Below are positions 53,022-64,000 of a stretch of DNA of 64,000 nucleotides, piece after piece. Numbering within the stretch: position 1 is the first letter of the stretch; every line of letters starts with the position of its first letter. The DNA is taken from contig CAWBWI010000005.1 of NCBI GenBank assembly GCA_963792585.1, forward strand, positions 157,312 through 221,311, written 5' to 3'. The position numbers and the translations under genes are program-made. Below the pieces are notes generated by a model. That model searched no databases, had not been told where the DNA came from, and was given only the letters and a program-made list of their open reading frames with translations. The DNA comes from Candidatus Eiseniibacteriota bacterium. GTDB lineage: Bacteria > Eisenbacteria > RBG-16-71-46 > CAIMUX01 > VGJL01.

Positions 53022-53028
53022 CTTCCAT

Positions 53029-53901
53029 CTATTTGACCATGACCACCAGGTACTTGACCTTCCTGAACTCCGCGGCGTCCAGGATGCGAAGCCTCGCCTG
53101 GCCCTCCGCTCCGAGCAGCTCGTAGCTCGACCGGCTCTGCGCGCTGAGAACCTGTGGTTCCTGACCGCCGATCGGGATCTCGGAGACCTGATCGGTATCG
53201 AGGGTGACGAAATCTCCCTCCTGGAAAGCTCCCGAGAGCTGCGGTGACTTTCCGAGGCCGATCAGTCCGCCGGTCTCGGTCACGATCCCCTTCTCCTTCA
53301 GGGCCTTCTTCGTCCCAACGGTGAAGTAGATCGTGCCGATCTCCTTTTGCTTCTCGGCGATCACACCCTCCTGCTCGGCGATCCTCTGTTGTCCCTGGGC
53401 GACATCGACGCGAAGACCGGTGACGGTCATCGAGAGGGAATCCACCCGCGCTGTGAGCATCTGGATCGTCTCTTCCCGCTCCGCCATCGACTTCTTGAGG
53501 TTGTCGACGATCCTCTGCAGTCCCGCCACCTTCGTCTGGCTGTCCTTGAGTCTGGTTTCCAGCTCCCGGATCCGTTGCTTGGTGTTCTTGATGCTCGCCT
53601 TGAGATCGGCGATGGAGTTCAGCATCTGCTCCTTCTGGGTCTCGGTCATTCGCTTCCCCAACTCGGTCTTCTGGGAGAAGCGGAGGAGCTGCGACTCTCC
53701 GGGGCTGATCGCGCTCAGGCTATCCTGGATCTCGGCGATCGCTATGAGGGCTGAGTCGAACTGCGTGCGCACCGCCTGTTCGGCCTCGCGGGTCTCGGCA
53801 TACATCGCACCCTGCTCGCGGTAGCGCATCGAGAGAGCGATGATCCCGGCCAGCAAAGCGACGGTGACGAGACTCAGGCTGATGACGACGAACTTTCTCA
53901 T
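53029..53901 (-). CDS. Membrane-anchored coiled-coil protein
   Basis: N-terminal TM helix, long heptad region, C-terminal YFTVGTKKALKEKG...YLVVMVK. Confidence 0.7.
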   Translation of the reverse strand: MRKFVVISLSLVTVALLAGIIALSMRYREQGAMYAETREAEQAVRTQFDSALIAIAEIQDSLSAISPGESQLLRFSQKTELGKRMTETQKEQMLNSIADLKASIKNTKQRIRELETRLKDSQTKVAGLQRIVDNLKKSMAEREETIQMLTARVDSLSMTVTGLRVDVAQGQQRIAEQEGVIAEKQKEIGTIYFTVGTKKALKEKGIVTETGGLIGLGKSPQLSGAFQEGDFVTLDTDQVSEIPIGGQEPQVLSAQSRSSYELLGAEGQARLRILDAAEFRKVKYLVVMVK

Positions 53902-54226
53902 AGGGCCTCCTCGAAATGATGCGGTCGAGTATGCTGCCCCTTTCTATTCCGGACAATAGCAGGATCCGTCGGGTCTTGGAGTCGGACGTCTCGGAGGAAA
54001 CTCGATTGAGGGGACTCGCCGGGGTTGGTTGTGCATTAGTCATTTTCATAACTAACAGCCGGCCTACCAGTTACATATTCGTTGTCTCCATGGATAATAT
54101 CTAACCCGCCGCCGGCCGCGACCGCCGGTAAGGCGCGGGCTACTTGATATACCCTTGGGCTCGGAGCCGCTGTGGGCCGTCCATCCGGAATCAATCGAGC
54201 ACGTTCGACTGGAAGGAGAACGGACA

Positions 54227-54928
54227 ATGGATATCAAAGGGGCCAGAGCACTCGTCACCGGCGGCGGGGAGGGAATCGGCCGGGCTGTCGCCGAGAGGCT
54301 GATCGCGAAGGGCGCACGGGTCGGCATCATGGGACGGCGCGCTGCCCTGCTGAAGGCAACCGCGGAGGAGATCGGGGCGCTGGCGATCCCGGGCGATGTC
54401 GGACTCGAGGCGGACGCCGTTCGCGCGGTCCAGTCCATCGTGGATGCCTTCGGTGGGATCGACATCCTCGTCAACAACGCCGGCTTCGGGTACTTCGCTC
54501 CCCTGGTGGAGATGGACGCGAAGCGCTTCGAGGAAGTCTTCACGACGAACGTTCGTGGGGCGATGCTGATGGCGCGCGAGGCCGCGAAGCGATTCGTCGC
54601 ACAGCAGAGCGGAAACCTCATCAACGTATCCTCGACCTCCGGCCTGCGTGGGGGCGCGCGGAGCACCGCCTACTCCGGATCCAAGTTCGCCTTGCGCGGG
54701 ATGACGGAGTGCTGGCGCGACGAGCTTCGCCGGCACAATGTCCGTGTCATGCTCGTCAATCCCAGCGAGGTGCAGACGAACTTCTTCGCGAAGGTCGGGG
54801 GCAAGCAGGAGCCGTCGCCGAAGAAACTGCGCGGAGAGGAGATTGCGGATGCGATCGTCGGCGTCCTCGAGATCGACGACAGGGGCTTCATTCCCGAGTT
54901 CTCGGTCTTCGCGACGAACCCCTTCTAG
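54227..54928 (+). CDS. SDR-family oxidoreductase
   Basis: ALVTGGGEGIG, LVNNAG, YSGSK. AAGGAG RBS. Confidence 0.92.
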   Translation: MDIKGARALVTGGGEGIGRAVAERLIAKGARVGIMGRRAALLKATAEEIGALAIPGDVGLEADAVRAVQSIVDAFGGIDILVNNAGFGYFAPLVEMDAKRFEEVFTTNVRGAMLMAREAAKRFVAQQSGNLINVSSTSGLRGGARSTAYSGSKFALRGMTECWRDELRRHNVRVMLVNPSEVQTNFFAKVGGKQEPSPKKLRGEEIADAIVGVLEIDDRGFIPEFSVFATNPF

Positions 54929-55134
54929 CGAAAACGGGACGCCCACTTCCAGGCCGTCGCACGATGGGAAGCCCGCGGAGACCCCGCCGAAGGTCCCCGC
55001 TTTACGTTGCCCCGGTCGGTTGCTAGTCTCCACGCGGCTTCCCTGAGCGGGGCCTCCGTTCGGGGGAATGGGCCGGGGCCCCGCGCGCTGCGCGGGATGG
55101 CGGGTGGGAGCCGCTCCCACCGGAGGAGAGGGCC

Positions 55135-56010
55135 GTGGAGCATGCCGCGCCGCAACAGAAGTCCGCGTGGGAGGTCATCCGGAATTACTTCCTCGACTTC
55201 AAGGTTCTGAAGGATTGCCCCCGCGAGTACTGGACGATCCAGGCGATCAACTTCCTGGACTGCTTCGCCTACTTCGCCTTCCTGAACATCGCCGTGGTCT
55301 TTCTCTCCGAGAACATCGGACTCTCGGATGTCCGCGCCGGCTATGTATTCACGGTCTTCACGACGATGACGACTCTGATGCTCTTCTTCTCGGGTTTCAT
55401 CACGGACTCGCTGGGCATCAAGAAGGCGCTCTACCTGGCCATGGGGCTCCTGATCCTCGCGCGCGGCGGCATCGCAGCCCTCGGTTTCTTTCCCGGCATC
55501 CCCCATCGCTCGTTCTTGATCTGGCCGCTCTTCCTCCTGCTCGCGCCCGGCACGGCCATGGTCCAGACGGTCTTCCAGGCGGCGATCCGCCGATACACCA
55601 GCGCGCGCGCGCGGAGCGCCGGGTTCAGCATGTGGTATCTGGTCATGAACATCGGGGCGGCGCTCGGCGGCTTCGCGATCGACTTCGTCCGCCTGACCAT
55701 GAAGGCCGACAACACCTGGATCATCAACATCGGGGTATTCGCCGCGGTCCTCTGCACGGTCCTGACGCTCCTCTTCATCCGCAACGAGCTGCAGGCCCAC
55801 TCTCCAGGCGAGGAGATCGCCACCGAGGATGAAGTCAAGGGCGAGCGGAAAATGCCGTGGCAGATCCTGCGCGAGGTCGTCACCCAGAGTCCGTTCTGGC
55901 GCTTCATCGTTCTGGTGAGCTGCCTGATCGGGGTGCGCGCCGTCTTCCTCTACATGGCGTTGCTCTCGCCGAAGTACTGGCTTCGGGTGATCGGCGAGAA
56001 CGCGCCGATG
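55135..56010 (+). CDS. MFS transporter, 3'-truncated at the sequence junction
   Basis: About 7 TM helices, motif A-like GFITDSLGIKKAL, AGFSMWYLVMNIG; C-terminal half absent. Confidence 0.75.
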
Positions 56011-56547
56011 GTAGTGAACCAGGTGAAGTCCTTGGGGATGTTGCTGTAGGGGAAGCCCTGCGAGATGCCCTGCACCAGGCCGGTGAAGATAAACGAGGTG
56101 GCCAGCGTGACGATAAAGGAGTTCAGCTTCGACTTGATGATGATGAAGCCGTTGAGGGCACCGGCGGCCGTGCCGACCAGCAGCGCCAGCGGCACGCCGA
56201 TCCAGGGCGACCAGCCCATGGTGTCCATCGTCCAGCCGGCGATCACCACGGTCAGCCCGCCGATGGCGCCCAGCGAGAGGTTCATGCCGCCGATGACGAT
56301 GACGATGGCCTGGCCGAGGGCGACAAAGACGTAGAGCGAGGCCGTGCGCGCCACGTTGAACAGGTTGAAGGGCGTCAGAAAACTGGAGTTGCTAAAGGTG
56401 AACAGGATAAAGAGCAGCAAGGTCGCCAGCACGACGCTGGTGTCGCTGCGGCGCAGGATTGCACCGCAGCGTGGAACCTGCGGAGGCGCCAGGTGAAGCG
56501 CTGGTGCTGCTGGGAGCCCCTTGGTTTTCAGATACGGACTCTTTCAT
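56011..56547 (-). CDS. Sugar ABC transporter permease (RbsC-like), 3'-truncated and frameshifted
   Basis: FLTPFNLFNV, ALGQAIVIVIGGMNLSLGA, GALNG...SFIVTLAT; only the N-terminal half is present. Confidence 0.8.
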
Positions 56548-56568
56548 ATTGGTCTCTCGATCTTGCGC

Positions 56569-57796
56569 TTAATCCTGCAGGTCTGAACTGCTGCCGGGCT
56601 CCTGCGGCGTGCGGTAGACGCCGTCCTCGACCTGCGCCGGCGTGCAGAAGTAATCGCGCAGGTGGGGAATGTATTCGAGAAAGATCTGCTCGTGGCCCAG
56701 GGCGATGCGGTTGAACAGCACCAGGTGCTGGTGGATCTGGCCCATGTCGCCCACGTGCGGCACGACCGGCAGGTCGAACTTGCGCGCCAGCAGGCTGACG
56801 GTGATGAACTCGCTGATGCCGCCGACGCGCGTGCAGTCCACCTGGATGAAGTGGGCGGCGCCGGCCTGCATGTAGTTCTTGAAGAGCACCCGGTGCGGAA
56901 TGTGCTCGCCGACGGCCACGGGGATGGGAGCAATGGCGCGCGCCAGGGTCTGGTGCGCCAGCACGTCGTCGGGGTGGGTCGGCTCCTCGATCCAGTAGGG
57001 CGACATGGCGGCCAGCTCGAGGCAGATGCGCACGGCGCTGGGCAGCGTCCACTGCTGGTTGGCGTCGAGCATGATCTGCACGTCGGGGCCGACCACCTCG
57101 CGCACCATCAGCGCCCGGCGCACGTCGCGGGCGCTGTCGGGCGAGCCGATCTTGAGCTTCATGGCCGTGAAGCCGGCGTCCACGGCGCGGCGGGCGTTCT
57201 CGCGCACCTGTTCGTCGCTGTAGTGGAACCAGCCGATCGAGGTGTCGTAGCCCGGGTAGCCGCGGTCGATGACGCCGCGGCGCTCGGCGCGGCGCGGCAG
57301 CTCGCGCCGGAGCAGGGCGACGGCCTCCGCCGGGCAGCAGCACATCCTCCAGGTAGCTGAGGTCGAGCAGGGCCACGACCTGCTTCGGGCGTGAGGTCGA
57401 TCAGCAGCTTCCACAGCGGCACGCCGCGCGCCTTGGCCCACAGGTCGAAGCAGGCGTTGGTGATGGAGGCCAGCGCCAGGTGGACGACGCCCTTGTGCGG
57501 GCCCAGCCAGCGCAGCTGCGGGTGGTCGGCGATCTGGCGGAAGACGCGGCCGAAGTCGGCCATCAGTTCCTCGATCTCGCGGCCGACCAGCGGCGCCGCC
57601 AGCGTCTCGATCGCCTTGCAGACCATGTCGGTGCCTTGGCCCAAGCGTCAACGCCAGGCCGACGCCGGTGAGCGGCCCGATCGGTGTGCAGGCGCGCCAC
57701 GGCGTAGGCATACTGCGGGTTGGTGTGGATGGCATCCACGCCTTCGCCCGGCTTGAGCTGAAAACGGGCATCCTGCGTGCTGACACGCGTGATCAC
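56569..57796 (-). CDS. L-fuconate dehydratase-like enolase-superfamily enzyme (frameshifted)
   Basis: DAIHTNPQYAYA, QLRWLGPHKGVVHLA, KLKIG, LDANQ, WIEEPTHPDD, VGEH, VPHVG, EYIPHL. Confidence 0.85.
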
Positions 57797-57826
57797 GACG
57801 GCAGGACAAGTGACTGCTCCTTTGCG

Positions 57827-58615
57827 TTATACACGGCCCAGACGGCGATAGCCCAGTTCGGCGCCGCCGCTGACGGGCAGCGCGACGCCGGTCATAAAGC
57901 GAGCCTGTTCGGACAGCAGAAAGACCGCCACATCGGCGACCACGTCGCCGTCGGGGCAGTAGCCGAGCGCGTGGATGTGGTTGAGAAAGTCCTCGGCGCC
58001 GGCCGGATTGGGCTGTTCCTGCACCCACTCGCGCAGCAGCGGCGTCCAGACGGCAGCCGGGCAGATGGCGTTGACACGGATGCCAAAGGGCGCGTAGTCC
58101 AGCGCCATGGCCTTGGTCAGGGCGATCACGGCGCCCTTGGTGGCCACGTAGACGGCGTGGTTCTCCTGGCCCAGCTCGCCCACCATGCTGGCCGTGTTGA
58201 GGATGCAGCCGCGGCTGTGCTTGAGCGCCTCGATGCCGTAGCAGCGTGGTGTAGTAGATGCTCTTGAGGTTGATGTCGAAGCAGCCGGTCCCACTGCGCT
58301 TCGCTCGTTTCGTGCAGCGGCTTGGAGGGCACGCTGATGGCGGCGTTGTTGTGGATGGCGTCCAGCTTGCCGAAGATGGTCGACGGTGGTCGGCGATGGC
58401 GGCCTGCACGGAGGGGCCACGAGGCCACGTCACAGTGGACGGCCAGGCCGGCGCCGCCCAGCGAGCGCTGCGACCGTGTCTGTGGCGGCCTCAAGGTTGA
58501 TGTCGGCCACGGCCACGATGGCGCCGGCACGATGGTAGGCCTTGGCGCACTCGCGGCCGATGCCCTGGCCGCCGCCGGTCAGAAAGATGACTTTGCCGCT
58601 CAGTTCATCGCTCAT
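57827..58615 (-). CDS. SDR oxidoreductase, sugar dehydrogenase-like (frameshifted)
   Basis: GKVIFLTGGGQGIG, HNNAA, YVATKGA, RVNAICP, VSGGAELGY. Confidence 0.8.
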
Positions 58616-59781
58616 GCGTCCTTTTCCGCCTGGGCTACAATTTCGCCGATCTGCTCCGTCATGCGGTGCAGCGCGGCGTCGATCGCCAGTGCGCCGGTCA
58701 TGGCCGCCTGCACGGTCTTCCACAGCACCTCTTCGACCTCGGGGTAGCGCCCAAACTTGGGCGGGATGACCACGCCGCCGATGGCGTCTTCGAGCGTGTG
58801 CCAGCGCGCCTTGGCCGACCGGTGCGGCTTCGGCCTGCGACCGGCGCATGACGGACGTGCGCACCGGCACCGAGCCCTGCTGCGCCTCCACCCATTGCTG
58901 CTCGGGCGCCGTCAGGAAGCGCAGCAGCGCCAGCGCCTCGGCCGACTGCGCGCCCTGCTGCGTCAGGGCAAAGGTGTGGCTGCCGCCGTAGACCAGCGAC
59001 TTGCCCTGCGGTCCGACTGGATAGCGGGCAAGGGCAAAGCGGTCGTGCACGGCCGAGGCGTGCGGGTCGCAGTAGTCGGCGTAGTAGCCGGGCCAGTCGC
59101 CGACCATGGCGGCGTGGCCGTCACGGAAGCAGTCGTGCACCTTGTCGTAGTGCCAGTCGACGATCTCCGGCGGCACGAGCCCTTCGGCGTAGAAGGTGCG
59201 CAGGAGCGAAAGCGCCCAGCGCCCGCCGTCGTTCTCGATCTGCGGCACCAGGTCGGGCGGGAACAGCTCGGCGCCGCCCATCTCGACCAGCTCGTAGAAG
59301 GTGCCGAAGAGGCCCGGATTCCATGCCCGGAAAGACAAAGCCGTATTGATGAGGCGGCCGGTTGAGCGCACGGGCCAGGTCGAGCAGGTCGTCCCAGGTG
59401 GCCGGCGGCTGGGCGATCAGGTCGGTGCGATAGTGGAGCAGGCGCACGTCGACGTTGCGCGGCAGCGAGAAGAGCTGCCCGTGGATACGCGCCAGGTCGA
59501 GCAGCTGGGGCGTAAAGTCCTCCAGTTCGGCGCTGGCGAGGAGATCGTCGAGGGGAGCCAGGAAGGCCTGCTGCGACGGCGCATACTTGGTGTGGGTGGA
59601 GACCAGGTCATACGGCACCTCGCCCTGGCCGGCGAGGCCGGCCAGATGCTCGTTGAGCGCCGGGATGGTCGCCGCGGTAGGCGACCTCGACGGCGATGCC
59701 GGTCTGCGCGGTGAAATCGGCAAGGCGGCTGTAGAGGGCGTCATACATGGGACCGGCAATCAGGGCAACGCGTACGCTCAT
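58612..59781 (-). CDS. Sugar ABC-type substrate-binding protein (frameshifted)
   Basis: MSVRVALIAGPMYD, LPRNVDVRLLHYRTDL, PATWDDL, GHAAMVGDWP, LRFLTAPEQQ. Confidence 0.75.
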
Positions 59782-59782
59782 G

Positions 59783-60496
59783 TCATCTCGTCCCTTTCGC
59801 GCGACGGCGGTTACGGCATGCGGATACTTGTCGATCAGGCGGAAGATGCGTTCCTCGGTGGCGTGCAGGTGAGCCTCGACGGCGGCGGCCGCGGCGTCGC
59901 TGTCGTGCGCCTTCAAGGCGCGAAAGATGGCGTCATGTTCGACGCACGTCTGCTGCTGGTCCATCTCCTGGAACACCTGGTAGAAGCGGCCCAGTTCGAT
60001 GTGGACGTTGAGCGAGCGATAGGCGCCGAGCAGAAACTGGTTGTCGGCGGCGGTCAGGATCAGCTCGTGAAACTCCTTGTCCAGCTGGTTGAACTGGCGG
60101 TAGCCGTGCGACCAGGAGCCGACCTCGGTGTGGGCGCTTTCGTCCAGGATGCGCTGCATGATCTTCTCGACCGTGATCAGGTCGGGCAGCATGATGTGCT
60201 TGGCGGCGAGGCGGGCGCCGTCCACCTCGATCAGGCGGCGGGCGTGCATCAGGTCGTGCACCTGTTCGAGCGTCAGCAGCGGGCTGACGCGGTAGCCCTT
60301 GTAGGCCTCAAAGGTGATCAGCCGTTCCGCGGCCAGGCGCGCCAGCGCCTCGCGGATCGGGCGTCGGGCTGACGGCCAGATCGACGGCAAGGGCATCGAT
60401 GTTGAGCCGTTCGCCCGGCGGATAGTGCTGGTCCATGATGCGCTCTTTGAGGCGCTCGTAGACCGACGTGGCAAGCACGGTTTTCTGATCGGGCAT
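59783..60496 (-). CDS. GntR-family (FCD) transcriptional regulator (frameshifted)
   Basis: VYERLKERIM...PGERL...LAVS.TPIREAL; FCD domain with DKEFHELI and EHDAIFRAL. 3' end uncertain. Confidence 0.85.
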
Positions 60497-60548
60497 AGGT
60501 TGTAGGGCTAGGAAAACGGATTGCGAGCGGCACTGGGTAGGCGCAAAA

Positions 60549-60588
60549 TCCTATAGGAAACAATAGCATGCTATAGAATCGGTGTCAA
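60549..60588 (-). promoter_or_regulatory. Sigma70-type promoter of the gntR operon with overlapping palindromes
   Basis: Minus strand TTGACA-N17-TATTGT with TGn extension. Palindromes TCCTATAGGA (60549-60558) and ATAGCATGCTAT (60563-60574). Confidence 0.65.
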
Positions 60589-60664
60589 GCATCTATTTTG
60601 GTGCGCGGCTGGAAGTGGTACAATACGGAGAACCGTTACACACCACTCCAGGAGAATCACTGCC

Positions 60665-61407
60665 ATGGCTCGATATCTTGCCTTGACCTGCGAAGCGCTT
60701 GCCCGCCCTGTTTACGCCGCGGCTGCGGTCAGCCCGCACACGGTAAACGTGCGCCTCTTTAAGCAGGGGCTGCACAACCGGCCCAAGGGGCTGCGCGTGA
60801 CGCTGCAGGACGAGATCGACGCCGTGCCCCAAGGCGAGTGGCGACGCCATCCTGCTGGCCTATGGCATGTGCGGCACGGCGACGGTCGGGCTGACGTCGC
60901 GCCATACGCCGCTCGTGCTGCCGCGGGCGCATGACTGCATCACGCTCTATCTGGGCTCGCGCCAGCGCTACAACGACGAGTTTATGCGCCACCCGGGCAC
61001 CTACTGGTACAGCGTGGACTACATGGAGCGGCAGGAGAAGGGCGCGGCCGTGGCGCTGGGCGCAGCAGGGCATTGCCGACGACGAGGAGCAGTACGAGCA
61101 GTACGTGCAGAAGTACGGCCAGGAAACGGCCGACATGCTGATGGAGGAGATCCGCAGTTGGTCACGCCACTACACACGCGCCACCTTTATCGACCTCGAG
61201 CTGAACGACGGCGGCATCTACGCCGAGCGCGCCCAGGAGAAGGCAGCGAAGGAAGGCTGGGTCTTCGAGCGCATGCAGGGCGACACCCGCCTGATGCGCA
61301 TGCTGATGCACGGCGAGTGGGACCCGGAAGAGTTCCTGGTCGTGCCGCCGGGGCAGGCGATCGCGCAGAGCTACAAGGACAGCATCGTCAAGGCCGTCGC
61401 CGGCTAG
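60665..61407 (+). CDS. DUF1638 domain-containing protein (frameshifted)
   Basis: GLHNRPKGLR, YGMCG, PRAHDCITLYLGS, PGTYW, YVQKYG, FLVVPPG. Confidence 0.8.
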
Positions 61408-62387
61408 TAGCCAAGCTCCTTGTCCACAAGATTTGGCATCGGCTTTCCCGGCGTTGGCGGCAGTTGAGACAGCTCCGCCAACGCCGCTACGCGCAGCTTT
61501 TCGAAGCTCTGCAGCCAGCCGGCGCGGTGCGGGGTCATGACGATGTTGTCGAGTTCGTGGAAGGGGAAGCGCGACGGGTAGGTGTGGCTGCGCTCCTCGT
61601 CGTCCTTGGGATATTGGTACCAGACGTCGATGCCGGCGGAGCGAATCCGGCGCTCGGCCAGGACATTGTACAGCGCCTCCTCGTCGATCACGGGGCCGCG
61701 ACCGACGTTGACCAGGATGCAGTTGGGCGGCAGCAGCGCCAGTTCCTTGGCGCCCAGCAGGCCCTCGGTTTCACGCGTGTGCGGCAGCAGGCTGATCAGC
61801 ACGTCGGCGCGCGGCAGCAGTTCGGCCAGGTGCGCGACGCTGTAGAGCGCCACACCGTCGCGTGCAGGCGCCTCCGGTTCGTGGCGGCGCACGCCGATGA
61901 CCTTCATGCCCAACGCCTGGCACATGGGTGCGAGGCGCTTGCCAATGGCGCCGTAGCCCAGGATGACGGCCGTCTTGCCCGGAAAGGTGTCGGTGGGGTG
62001 CGTGTCGTCGTTCCACGTCCAGTTGCCCTGGCGGATGCGATGGTCCAGTTCGGCAACGTGCTTGGAGGCCGCCAGCAGCAGGGCGAACGCCATCTCGGCG
62101 GTGGAGATGTCGTTGAAGTGCAGGTTGTGCAGCGTGACGGCGGGTACTGGCGCAGCAGGGCCTGGGTCGGAAAGGGGATCGCCGGCAAAGGGCACGATGA
62201 CGGCACGGACGTGAGGGCTGCGCACAAGGTGCTCCTCGGTCACGGCACCGCCGACGATGATGTCGGTATCCACCGGCTGCTCGTCGCCGGGCGCGGCAAA
62301 CAGACGAACGTCGGCGGGCACAAGGGGCCGCAGTTCGTCGAGCGTGTTGGGCATGGGCAGGGTGGGGAAGTAAACGTTGAGTGACAT
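61404..62387 (-). CDS. D-isomer-specific 2-hydroxyacid dehydrogenase
   Basis: ILGYGAIG, LPHTRET, VNVGRG, DVW, MTPH, NLVDKELGY. Confidence 0.88.
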   Translation of the reverse strand: MSLNVYFPTLPMPNTLDELRPLVPADVRLFAAPGDEQPVDTDIIVGGAVTEEHLVRSPHVRAVIVPFAGDPLSDPGPAAPVPAVTLHNLHFNDISTAEMAFALLLAASKHVAELDHRIRQGNWTWNDDTHPTDTFPGKTAVILGYGAIGKRLAPMCQALGMKVIGVRRHEPEAPARDGVALYSVAHLAELLPRADVLISLLPHTRETEGLLGAKELALLPPNCILVNVGRGPVIDEEALYNVLAERRIRSAGIDVWYQYPKDDEERSHTYPSRFPFHELDNIVMTPHRAGWLQSFEKLRVAALAELSQLPPTPGKPMPNLVDKELGY

Positions 62388-62509
62388 GCTGGGCCTTTCT
62401 GGTTGCTTGTGTTTGCCCATTATGCCAGAACTCGCCACGAAGAGACCTTTGCGCGCCGGTGACCAGCTTGGGGTAGGCCGGACCGGAAGACTCTGATAAG
62501 TGGAGCGCG

Positions 62510-63259
62510 TCATGCTGGCGGTGACCGGTGTAGCATCAGCTTGCAGGAGTTACGGTTTCGAATCGCAGCTGACCCAACCACCAGTTGACACACGCTCGGG
62601 ATCCACTCGTCCAGCGTGGACCATGGCACGAGCAGGTCGCGGCCGATGGCGAAGCGCTGCGTGAAGCGCATGGTCGGCGTGAAGGCGTGCTTGCGGAGGA
62701 AAGCAGCGACGCGTTCGTGGTCGCCTGCTTGCAGGTCGATGGCGTGGGCGTACTGGTCCTTGACCAGGACGCCGCCTTCGCCGGCCTCACGGGCAGCGTC
62801 CTTGACGACGAAGTGCAGCATGCGCTCGAAGCAGATGGGTTCGGGGGCAAAGGCGTGCTTGCCGGGTTGCGAGTAGAGGAGCGGGTGTGTGCCCTCGCAC
62901 GACAGCTTGCCACCGGCGAGGCTCATGGCGGAGTAGTCGCCGTGCCAACTGGCCTCTGCCCAAACCAGGCGACCGTCGTCGTCGATGTAACTCCAGGCGT
63001 GCTCCAGTTCGTATAGATGGCCGATATCCCAGTCCCACCAGATGGCGTATTCGACGACCTTGCGCCATGGAGGGACGAGTTCACGCAGGATGCGGCGAGG
63101 GAAGGAGGGCGAGTCGCCTTCTTCCTGGAAGACGGTGACGCCCACGGCTAAGGGCAGAAAGGGTTCGGCTTCGTCGAACAGGATAATCGGCGCGTAGCGC
63201 GCCGCCAGTTCCAGGTCCGCATCATATGCTTCGGCGCGGGGCGCCCTTGCACCGTTCAT
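62510..63259 (-). CDS. Conserved hypothetical protein
   Basis: YAPIILFDEAEPFLP, EYAIWWDWDIGHLYELEH, EASWHG, QPGKHAF look like conserved motifs. AAGGAG RBS. Confidence 0.6.
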   Translation of the reverse strand: MNGARAPRAEAYDADLELAARYAPIILFDEAEPFLPLAVGVTVFQEEGDSPSFPRRILRELVPPWRKVVEYAIWWDWDIGHLYELEHAWSYIDDDGRLVWAEASWHGDYSAMSLAGGKLSCEGTHPLLYSQPGKHAFAPEPICFERMLHFVVKDAAREAGEGGVLVKDQYAHAIDLQAGDHERVAAFLRKHAFTPTMRFTQRFAIGRDLLVPWSTLDEWIPSVCQLVVGSAAIRNRNSCKLMLHRSPPA

Positions 63260-64000
63260 GGTGTTATCTCCTTGGTAGAACGTCATTTTTCCAACAAGCT
63301 GATCTGGACCGGGCAGCCGCTATTGGGGGCAATGCTGCTGGCCGGTATACCGTCAACCGGTTCTTGCTGGTACGCCTTAGGCGATGGATGGCGACTAATT
63401 GTGCCGCCCGCCGGGCAGGCTGCGGAAGACCAGGTCGATCGTACCGTCGTTGCGGACATTCATCTCGCCTTGGTCGATGTGCAAGCGACCGTCCGCATTA
63501 ACCGTGCCGATCTGTGTCTCGACGAATTGACGCCGGCCGGACAAGTCACACGCCAGGTCAATCGAATAGCGGGGCGAGACACTGTCGGTTTGTGCTGCAG
63601 CCATCATGCCGAGCACGAATGCGAGAGTGCGTTGTCCAAAGATTTCCTGCACTGCTTGCGGCTCAAGGTCAAGCGCCAGGCACAAGTGCAGGTTCATAAT
63701 GAGGCCATCGATGGCCTCTTCGGCGGCAGTGCGGCGGCAAAGGCACGGCTCGTGCGGTACAGCTGCGCAACCGAGCGGCCGCGCTGATCGTCGTTCCGAT
63801 CTTCGTAGCGACATCGTATTTCCTTCTCAATCCCTGGCAAGAAGCACAGGGTTACGGCTACAATTGTAGACTGTTCTGAGATCACTTGCCACCACTTGCA
63901 ACTGTCAGTTTGTTCCGAGTTGTGCTGGGTTGTCCGGCAGCCCGAAGCAACCCTCTTCAACAACCTTCCGCCGCTTGACCTCTGGAGCATTATGCGATAT

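Noticed and set aside
1..56010. Genome-wide TGA reassignment as the explanation for the in-frame TGAs
   Set aside because: Many complete genes end in TGA and Trp is encoded by TGG throughout.
63272..64000. ORFs at the right edge
   Set aside because: Overlapping ORFs on both strands with no recognisable motif, so none can be supported.

Overview
The window has two unrelated parts. Bases 1 to ~56,010 come from a high-GC bacterium with seven secreted proteins ending in a FlgD-Ig/T9SS-like C-terminal domain, a pattern suggestive of Ca. Eisenbacteria or a related FCB-adjacent lineage (inference only). At ~56,010 two genes are cut mid-way and codon style changes; the rest is a sugar (L-fucose-like) catabolic region, probably from another organism. 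Many single-base frameshifts suggest unpolished long-read data. Main finding: two divergently transcribed genes around a ~200-bp spacer each carry an in-frame TGA followed 18-19 nt later by a similar hairpin with a CGGG loop, i.e. two candidate selenoproteins. One is a cobalamin-independent methionine-synthase-like enzyme (RTFM-U-ATLA) ending a TusA / DsrE / TusA-OsmC sulfur-carrier operon. The other is a secreted beta-helix protein (LCEYG-U-FAP). Also present: a DsrC-DsrM-DsrK-like plus cysteine desulfurase operon divergent from a multiheme cytochrome/NrfC/NrfD operon with no dsrAB in the window, a c-di-AMP riboswitch ahead of a kimA-like K+ transporter, and a Lon-protease-domain membrane protein next to a zinc anti-sigma-like gene. 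No database searches were run; all family calls are from motif recognition.
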